From IMG/VR virus record IMGVR_UViG_3300035180_002599, positions 29,310 to 93,309 of that record: DNA of 64,000 nucleotides. One strand, 5' to 3'. The DNA comes from a virus. The notes under the pieces are model-generated. The model was not told the origin of the DNA. It made no database searches and worked only from the letters and a program-made list of their open reading frames with translations. Position numbers and translations under genes: made by a program. The stretch's first letter is position 1. Each line of letters starts with the position of its first letter. Shown here one piece after another: positions 57,905 through 64,000 of the stretch.

Positions 57905-57950
57905 GGTTGTTCTGATATAATAATTGTATCAAAAGAATGAAGGATAATAA

Positions 57951-58814
57951 ATGAAACAAGGTATTTTAGTAGAAAACGATGGTCGTTTTGAAGTTATTGT
58001 TGACGGTGAAGTTGTTTTTTCACGTAGCACTCGTTCAAATGCAGTAACATCAGCAAAAAATTTAGACATTTCATTATTATCAACAACACCAGAATCATCA
58101 TATGTGCCTATGATTGATAAACCCCATTTTAGTATCAATGCCCGATTTGGATTTTATGAAAACTTTCTAGGAATGGTTATGGATGGAGTTAATAACTCAA
58201 TTGTAGTATCCGGAAAAGGCGGATTGGGTAAATCATTTACGTTGCAAAAAATGCTAGATAAAAAAGGTTTAGAAGAAGATATTGATTACACTATAATCAA
58301 AGGTTATTCTACAGCGAAAGCAATGTACCGTACATTATTTGAAAATAACGGAAAAATTGTTATTTTTGATGATTGTGATAGCGTTCTTCAAGATAAAGTT
58401 TCATTGAATATTTTAAAAGGTGCTTTAGATAGTTACGAGAAGCGTATAATTCATTGGAATTCCGAAGGTTTTGGAGGAGATGATGATTTGCCATCATGTT
58501 TTGAATTTAAAGGACAAGTTATTTTCATTAGCAACATGGAACGTTCTAAAATCAACCAAGCAATTTTGAGCCGTTCATTGAATGTAGATTTATCTATGAC
58601 AAAAAGCGAAGCTATAGAACGTATGTGGACAATTTTACCAGATATTTTAACAGAGTACAGCATCAGCATCAAAGAAGATGCATTGAATTTTCTTGAAGAA
58701 AATCAACAAATCGTTAAAGATTTGAATATGCGAACATTATTAGATGTCACAAAAGTTAGAGCTAATATTCCTGAAAATTGGGAAGATGCCGCAAAATATT
58801 TAGTTATGCAATAA
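57951..58814 (+). CDS. AAA+ ATPase
   Basis: GKGGLGKS, IFDDCD, LKGALDS, FISN, SRS; follows the repeated promoter cassette. Confidence 0.9.
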   Translation: MKQGILVENDGRFEVIVDGEVVFSRSTRSNAVTSAKNLDISLLSTTPESSYVPMIDKPHFSINARFGFYENFLGMVMDGVNNSIVVSGKGGLGKSFTLQKMLDKKGLEEDIDYTIIKGYSTAKAMYRTLFENNGKIVIFDDCDSVLQDKVSLNILKGALDSYEKRIIHWNSEGFGGDDDLPSCFEFKGQVIFISNMERSKINQAILSRSLNVDLSMTKSEAIERMWTILPDILTEYSISIKEDALNFLEENQQIVKDLNMRTLLDVTKVRANIPENWEDAAKYLVMQ

Positions 58815-58823
58815 AGGACCACT

Positions 58824-60047
58824 TTGTTAGTTTTAAATACAAATTCTTTTTCTTCTCAATTATCTCAGATAGCATCTGAGAGTATTTTATATCAAATCAA
58901 ATCACTAAATCTTAATTCTAAAAATACCGCATCTTTAGTTAATTCAGTTTCATTTAGTGTACGGAAAACCTTTTTAGATAAATTACTTCTCAATTCTAGA
59001 AAAATAGATTTTTCAGCTGATGTTGTAAAACATGCAGACTTTGAGCTTAGAAATAATATATTTTTATTCTATAAGAGAGTTCATTTAATAGACTCAAACA
59101 ATATCCTTCCAGGAACTAACAAAAAATTTACTAAATCCAAATCTGGAACATATATTGAGTTTAGGTTCGCTGGGGAATCAAATGATTCTGGGAATTGGTA
59201 TATTCATGAACTAGATGTAGAAAATTTCATCTCGCTTAATTATACCAAACAACAATTAACGGATTCAATAAAAGATGGATCTTTTAAACATTTAAAAATA
59301 GACATTCTGTTTGACTATACAAATAATACTGGACCTTTAAGAAATGTGAATGATTCTTATGTAAAATATAAGAAAAAAACTGGAACTTATAACATAGCTA
59401 GGTCACCTAATTGGTATGATAAAAAACTAGTTTATCAAAATGTAATGAGTGATGAGCTAAAAGAGTTACTAGAAAATGTTTCTTCATTTTGGACTAAGTA
59501 TAGATTACATTCTGTTAAAACCGAAAATATGAGAGATTTTAAATTCTTAATGTACGGTAACGAATTTACCCCTATCATAGATATGGTAACAAAAATGCCT
59601 ATAAATGTAGTTCCTGAGTTATTTTTTAACTCAGTAGTAGAAACGTTAATTAATTCTGAGGAATCTTCTTTTTACATCCATCATATTAAAGTTTTTGACA
59701 ATGCTAGCGTTCATAAAGAAGATGTTGAACCTAGTTCTTATTTAAGAAGTCAGTTGATAAAGAATAGTAAATCCATTCTTTTGGAATTGTTGAAATGTGT
59801 AGTTCTTTCAGATGATACTCATAAAAAAATACATAGGCTAAATTATTCTGATGGTATGTTGTATATGGATAAAAACAATAAACCATATGCTTTACCTTGG
59901 GGAATAAGCAATAAGAAAAATTTCAATGCTTTAAAGAAAAGATTTAAAGTTTTGAAAGACGTGGATTATGAAAGTCTTTATAATGAGTTATTTTTTACTA
60001 TTGATGAGATGATTGAAATAAAAGAAAAACTTAAACTTGATATTTAG
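58824..60047 (+). CDS. Hypothetical protein
   Basis: 407-aa ORF, TTG start after AAGGA. Confidence 0.75.
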   Translation: MLVLNTNSFSSQLSQIASESILYQIKSLNLNSKNTASLVNSVSFSVRKTFLDKLLLNSRKIDFSADVVKHADFELRNNIFLFYKRVHLIDSNNILPGTNKKFTKSKSGTYIEFRFAGESNDSGNWYIHELDVENFISLNYTKQQLTDSIKDGSFKHLKIDILFDYTNNTGPLRNVNDSYVKYKKKTGTYNIARSPNWYDKKLVYQNVMSDELKELLENVSSFWTKYRLHSVKTENMRDFKFLMYGNEFTPIIDMVTKMPINVVPELFFNSVVETLINSEESSFYIHHIKVFDNASVHKEDVEPSSYLRSQLIKNSKSILLELLKCVVLSDDTHKKIHRLNYSDGMLYMDKNNKPYALPWGISNKKNFNALKKRFKVLKDVDYESLYNELFFTIDEMIEIKEKLKLDI

Positions 60048-60127
60048 AAAAGATAAATAAATTTACAAATTAAACAAGATTTAATGATAATTTTGTTATA
60101 ATATACAATAAGAATAAAAGGAAGACA

Positions 60128-60766
60128 ATGGCTAAAACAGTAAGACGTAAATTTTGGGGCATTGATTGTATTATCAGACATGACTACGAGGATTTAGAAA
60201 TTTCTAAAAAATTGCAAGATTATCAAACTAAAAGTGTCAATACTTTTAAACATTTTTTAACAAACGTACCTGATTTTCCTAATTTTAGATCATTATTAGA
60301 TATTGGTTGTGGTGATGATTTTTGTATTAATCAATTTCGAGATACTTTTGAAGAAGTTAAAGGTATTGATTTGTATGTAAACCCAGGAGAATATCAAGAT
60401 GTAGTTGTGTCCGATTGGTACACAATGGCTGAAGATGTATTCAAAGATAAGAAATTTGATGCAGTGTTTATGAATCACTCTATGGAACATGCAGAAAACA
60501 TTTATGCATTGATGCAACAAACATCCGCATTACAAAATAAAGGCGGAGCTATTTTCGTAGCAGTTCCAGACGGTGTAGACCCATTCGGTTTCGCAATCAC
60601 AAGCTCAACTACACATTTTTCTGTAGTAACAGAAGGGTTTTTACGAACTACACTACAACGTTTTGGATATAATGTAGAAGTTGTTAAAAAAGAATTGCGC
60701 CCAGGAGCACCTGAATTGTGGGCTTACGGAATCAAGCAGTATGATTCTTTTAGTTTGGAGAAATAA
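60128..60766 (+). CDS. Class I SAM-dependent methyltransferase
   Basis: LLDIGCG motif I, GIDL, FDAVFMNHSMEH, GG.I.V.VP. Confidence 0.9.
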   Translation: MAKTVRRKFWGIDCIIRHDYEDLEISKKLQDYQTKSVNTFKHFLTNVPDFPNFRSLLDIGCGDDFCINQFRDTFEEVKGIDLYVNPGEYQDVVVSDWYTMAEDVFKDKKFDAVFMNHSMEHAENIYALMQQTSALQNKGGAIFVAVPDGVDPFGFAITSSTTHFSVVTEGFLRTTLQRFGYNVEVVKKELRPGAPELWAYGIKQYDSFSLEK

Positions 60767-61515
60767 TGACTGATTTAACCATTATGTATTCAGGTGGTTT
60801 GGATTCGTTTATTGCTTGGCATTACGCTAAAAAAATTGGGTTTAATCCCCAAGCAATTTATGTTAATTTAGGTCACCCATATGCTCACAAAGAATTAGAT
60901 TCCATGAACCGTTTATCTGAAAAATTTGGAATTTCTATTGATTATTTGGATATGACTACATTATACAATCTCATTCAAAACAAATTAAACAATCAAATTA
61001 TTCCTAGCCGCAATGTAATGTTAGCTACGATTGGAGCTATGTTTAACCCAATCGTTTGGATTAATGCTTTAGATGGTGAACAAAATGGTAAAGAACATGA
61101 TAAAAGTTATAGATTCTTTGCAGATACTACTGAATTGTTGAGTTTTACTAATGAGTTCTTTCAAGAAAGAACTACAATAACTTCACCGTTTGCTCATATG
61201 TCAAAGGCAGAGACAATTAAATGGGCTTTAGCCAATGGATTATCTAAAGAAGATTTATTTGAAACGACATCTTGTTATGATGGTGAAGAAACTAAATGTG
61301 GAAAATGCTTGACTTGTTATAAACGAAAAGTTGCATTTTTGCTAAATGGCGTAGATGAACCTGGATATAAACAAGATCCGTTGAATTCTTCATATGCTAA
61401 AGAAGTAGATGCCGAAATAACTAAAGCTATTGAAAATAATGATTATACAAGATTCACAAGAAAACGTATAAAAGAACATCAGGAATTGAAAGATATTCTT
61501 AATAAAAGGGGTTAA
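60766..61515 (+). CDS. queC: 7-cyano-7-deazaguanine synthase-like protein
   Basis: SGGLDS PP-loop, IPSRN, SCY...CGKCLTC. Confidence 0.9.
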   Translation: MTDLTIMYSGGLDSFIAWHYAKKIGFNPQAIYVNLGHPYAHKELDSMNRLSEKFGISIDYLDMTTLYNLIQNKLNNQIIPSRNVMLATIGAMFNPIVWINALDGEQNGKEHDKSYRFFADTTELLSFTNEFFQERTTITSPFAHMSKAETIKWALANGLSKEDLFETTSCYDGEETKCGKCLTCYKRKVAFLLNGVDEPGYKQDPLNSSYAKEVDAEITKAIENNDYTRFTRKRIKEHQELKDILNKRG

Positions 61516-62280
61516 ATGTTACCATTAGTAGAAACGTTCTACAGTATTCAAGGAGAAGGTCGAAGAGCCGGTTACAATTCATTATTCATAAGATTTGGTG
61601 GATGTAATTTTAGATGCCCTGGATTTGGTGTTAAATACACTACTCCAGATGGAGTAGAAAAATTTGGTTGTGACACTTGGATGGGAGTAGACCCTGCATT
61701 CAAAAAACAATGGGATAATAAAGATTCATATAAAGAGATTATATCTCAAGCAAATGATAGTATTCCTTCATCATCTAAATATCACAAATATGATGTCGTA
61801 ATTACTGGTGGTGAACCTACAATGTTTTGGAAGAATCAAGAATTTCAAAATTTATTAATCCATTACATTTCTAGAGGACATAAAGTAACCATTGAAACTA
61901 ATGCCTCATTAGATATTGAATTCACTAAAGATTATCAATCTGAAATTATGTTTAGTATGAGCGTAAAATTATCAAATTCTGGAGAGCCAGAAAGTAAAAG
62001 AATCAATATTGACAATATTTCCAATATTGCAGAAAACACAAAAGATAGCTATTTCAAATTTGTTATCAATGCTGAAACTAAAAACCAAGACATGAAAGAA
62101 ATCATGAATATTTTGGAAAGTGTTCCTAATTATTTAGATGTATTTTTGATGCCATTGGGTGATACAATGATTGAAGTTCATAAAAACAGAGGGGTTACCG
62201 CCGAATTGTGTGTAGCCAATGGATTTATGTATTCAGATCGTATGCATATAGCCATCTGGGATAATAAAAAAGGTGTTTAA
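61516..62280 (+). CDS. queE: 7-carboxy-7-deazaguanine synthase (radical SAM)
   Basis: E.FYSIQGEG, F.RF.GCN.RC...CDT, ITGGEP, IETN, R.H..IW. Confidence 0.94.
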   Translation: MLPLVETFYSIQGEGRRAGYNSLFIRFGGCNFRCPGFGVKYTTPDGVEKFGCDTWMGVDPAFKKQWDNKDSYKEIISQANDSIPSSSKYHKYDVVITGGEPTMFWKNQEFQNLLIHYISRGHKVTIETNASLDIEFTKDYQSEIMFSMSVKLSNSGEPESKRINIDNISNIAENTKDSYFKFVINAETKNQDMKEIMNILESVPNYLDVFLMPLGDTMIEVHKNRGVTAELCVANGFMYSDRMHIAIWDNKKGV

Positions 62281-63713
62281 TGGCTAAGAAGAAAAAAGAA
62301 AATCAAATTAAGATAGATTACTGTGCCAGCGGATTCTTAGGATATTCTGGTGCTGAAGCTATCATCCGTTACGCTTTAGAGAACGGAAAAGATGAGTACA
62401 TTGATTATATTGTAGCAGTAATGCATTATTTAAGAGACCAATTCAACAAAGTTGGCATTCATATGTCAGTCATGTTTAACGCACAATACGAACAAAAGAA
62501 CGCTTATATGATTGATATTCTAAGACAACATGGGTTTGATATGGAAGTTCATGCAGACTCTGGTGGATTACAAGTTATGACTCGTGGTTTGGATTTAGAA
62601 AAAGAAAAACCTGGTATTTTTGAATGTCAAGGAAAATATGCAGACTTAGCAATGTCATTTGATGAAATGCCAAATATAAAAGTAAATGAAGAAAAAAACA
62701 AATCTTTCCATTTTGGTCCTAAAAAAATTGAGAATATGTACTTTGTAAAAGAATTGGCGTTTATTAAAGGTGAGAAATCATCTAAAAATATTGTAGATCA
62801 AATTGAAGAGTTTATCAAACAAGGAACCAAAGCTCGTATCATTGTAATTTTACAAGGTCACACCATTGAAGATTATAATAATTATGCTCGTGGAGTGTAT
62901 TCATTAATACCTGAGAAATATTATAAGTATATCCATGGAATTTCATTAGGGGGAACTGGGTTTCAATCATTCGATGATTTGGTCGATGTATATCTTAGAA
63001 TACAAAGAGATTTAACTGCAGTTCCTAAAGATCATTTGAAACAAATTCATATTTTGGGTACAGGTACATTGGAAAGAATTTTTCCATTCTTGATTCTAGC
63101 AAATAAAGATTATTACGATTTTCCATTTACTTTTAGTTTTGATGCTACAACGCATGCTTCAGCAAGTACATGGGGAAAATGGTCAGAGTTAAAAGATAAC
63201 GGTGGGATAACTGTACACACTGTGGGTGGATACAAAATGAATAAACTTATTTTGAAACACACCACTCATATGTATGAAGAGTTAGCAGAATATTTGAAAA
63301 TTGTAGGAATTAATTCTTATGATGAAATGTTAGAACAAATGACTCCATATAATTCAACAGGAAAACGATTATCTGCAGATTTTGGAGCAGATAAAGAAGG
63401 TTACTTGAAAGTAGCTAATTTTTATTCATTTAACACATTTATTTTAGAATCTAGCACTTATTTGAAATTAATGGATAAAATAGTTAACGGTAATTTATAT
63501 GATGCTTCAACAAAAAACAAATATAGAAAAATTGCAGGCTCATTGATTAGTGAATTGAAATCTTATGAAGATTACATCTCTAAAGAAAAAGAAATTAGAA
63601 AAGTTTTAAAACATTTGAGACCTAGAAAAATCAATTATGTTAATACTTTAAAAGAAATTGAACATTTGATGACCGGAGAAATTCCGAAACATGAATGGGA
63701 TGAATGGGAGTAA
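62280..63713 (+). CDS. dpdA: TGT-fold transglycosylase, DpdA-like DNA deazaguanine insertase
   Basis: ADSGG.Q, MSFDE, VILQG, IHILG, SFDATT; embedded in a que operon. Confidence 0.8.
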   Translation: MAKKKKENQIKIDYCASGFLGYSGAEAIIRYALENGKDEYIDYIVAVMHYLRDQFNKVGIHMSVMFNAQYEQKNAYMIDILRQHGFDMEVHADSGGLQVMTRGLDLEKEKPGIFECQGKYADLAMSFDEMPNIKVNEEKNKSFHFGPKKIENMYFVKELAFIKGEKSSKNIVDQIEEFIKQGTKARIIVILQGHTIEDYNNYARGVYSLIPEKYYKYIHGISLGGTGFQSFDDLVDVYLRIQRDLTAVPKDHLKQIHILGTGTLERIFPFLILANKDYYDFPFTFSFDATTHASASTWGKWSELKDNGGITVHTVGGYKMNKLILKHTTHMYEELAEYLKIVGINSYDEMLEQMTPYNSTGKRLSADFGADKEGYLKVANFYSFNTFILESSTYLKLMDKIVNGNLYDASTKNKYRKIAGSLISELKSYEDYISKEKEIRKVLKHLRPRKINYVNTLKEIEHLMTGEIPKHEWDEWE

Positions 63714-63714
63714 A

Positions 63715-64000
63715 ATGAATAAAAAAGTAATAGAATTTATCAAACCTAGATATGTTATGAAATATAACGAAGAATCTTTTGCGGAAGCTTTAGCAGAATA
63801 CATGGATTTGCGTCCATTCAAAGCAAATGAAAATGTATGGGAAACAAATCAAAATGTTCCAGATGATGTTCATTTAATTGCTAGATTGGTAACTCAATAT
63901 CATCTAACCGAAGCATTTAAAGCTATGAAAATTGACATGTCTGATGATAATGTAATGGAAGATTTATCATCTGGAAATATTGGCACTCCTGGACGTATAG
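63715..64000 (+). CDS. folE: Probable GTP cyclohydrolase I, 3' end truncated by window edge
   Basis: Open frame to the window end reading ...FKAMKIDMSDDN...GTPGRI, matching the FolE TPxR N-terminal motif; que operon context. Confidence 0.7.
   Translation, partial: MNKKVIEFIKPRYVMKYNEESFAEALAEYMDLRPFKANENVWETNQNVPDDVHLIARLVTQYHLTEAFKAMKIDMSDDNVMEDLSSGNIGTPGRI

Noticed and set aside
7231-57950. Repeated ~50-bp sequence as a CRISPR repeat or IS end
   Set aside because: Copies are dispersed, contain -10 and RBS elements, and have no spacer array or transposase
559-60520. Short ORFs nested in or antisense to longer genes (for example 559-810, 2645-2893, 12942-13232, 32599-32865, 33866-34213, 58451-58672)
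   Set aside because: Shadow frames of well-supported genes with no RBS or recognisable motifs
60128-60766. DNA adenine or cytosine methyltransferase
   Set aside because: No DPPY/NPPY/SPPY or PCQ catalytic motif and too small for a target-recognition domain
62280-63713. Canonical tRNA-guanine transglycosylase (tgt)
   Set aside because: Lacks the CxCxxC...H zinc site and NTYH motif; phage que-operon context favours DpdA
1-64000. Stop-codon reassignment
   Set aside because: Conserved genes are full length in the standard code, and TAA, TGA and TAG all end genes
1-64000. Canonical tRNA genes and inteins
   Set aside because: No cloverleaf with a GTTCRA T-loop seen apart from the tmRNA tRNA-like domain; no intein-sized insertions in nrdA, gp44, gp46 or uvsX. 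tRNAscan-SE would be needed to be certain

Overview
AT-rich 64-kb segment of a large T4-like myophage. It carries gp18, gp3, gp55, gp47, gp46, gp33, gp44, uvsX, rIIA/rIIB, rnlA and nrdA. The host is probably a Campylobacterota bacterium (inferred from a Campylobacter-type QueD and extended -10 TGnTATAAT promoters with no TTGACA). Main observations: (1) a phage ribosome-rescue set of one-piece tmRNA (30582-30948, tag ANSTSYNTSYALAA), SmpB, Pth2 and a ClpP-like protease, alongside Rnl1/Pnk-type RNA repair, a Mesh1-like HD hydrolase and a Pol-beta nucleotidyltransferase; (2) a 7-deazaguanine DNA-modification operon (queC, queE, dpdA-like, folE, with queD elsewhere) led by a translationally coupled SAM methyltransferase, plus a separate DUF2419/Qng1 queuosine-salvage hydrolase; (3) a 623-nt group I intron without an intact ORF splitting the tail sheath gene, with splice sites resolvable to the base; (4) an Acb1-like anti-CBASS nuclease, a sensor-less GGDEF diguanylate cyclase and an expanded Ter/TelA cluster; (5) three unexplained structured intergenic elements, a shared C-terminal PExxL peptide on unrelated small proteins, and a set of late proteins with an MxFxxF..E capsid-targeting-like leader. 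All calls come from motif recognition by eye; no database searches were run.
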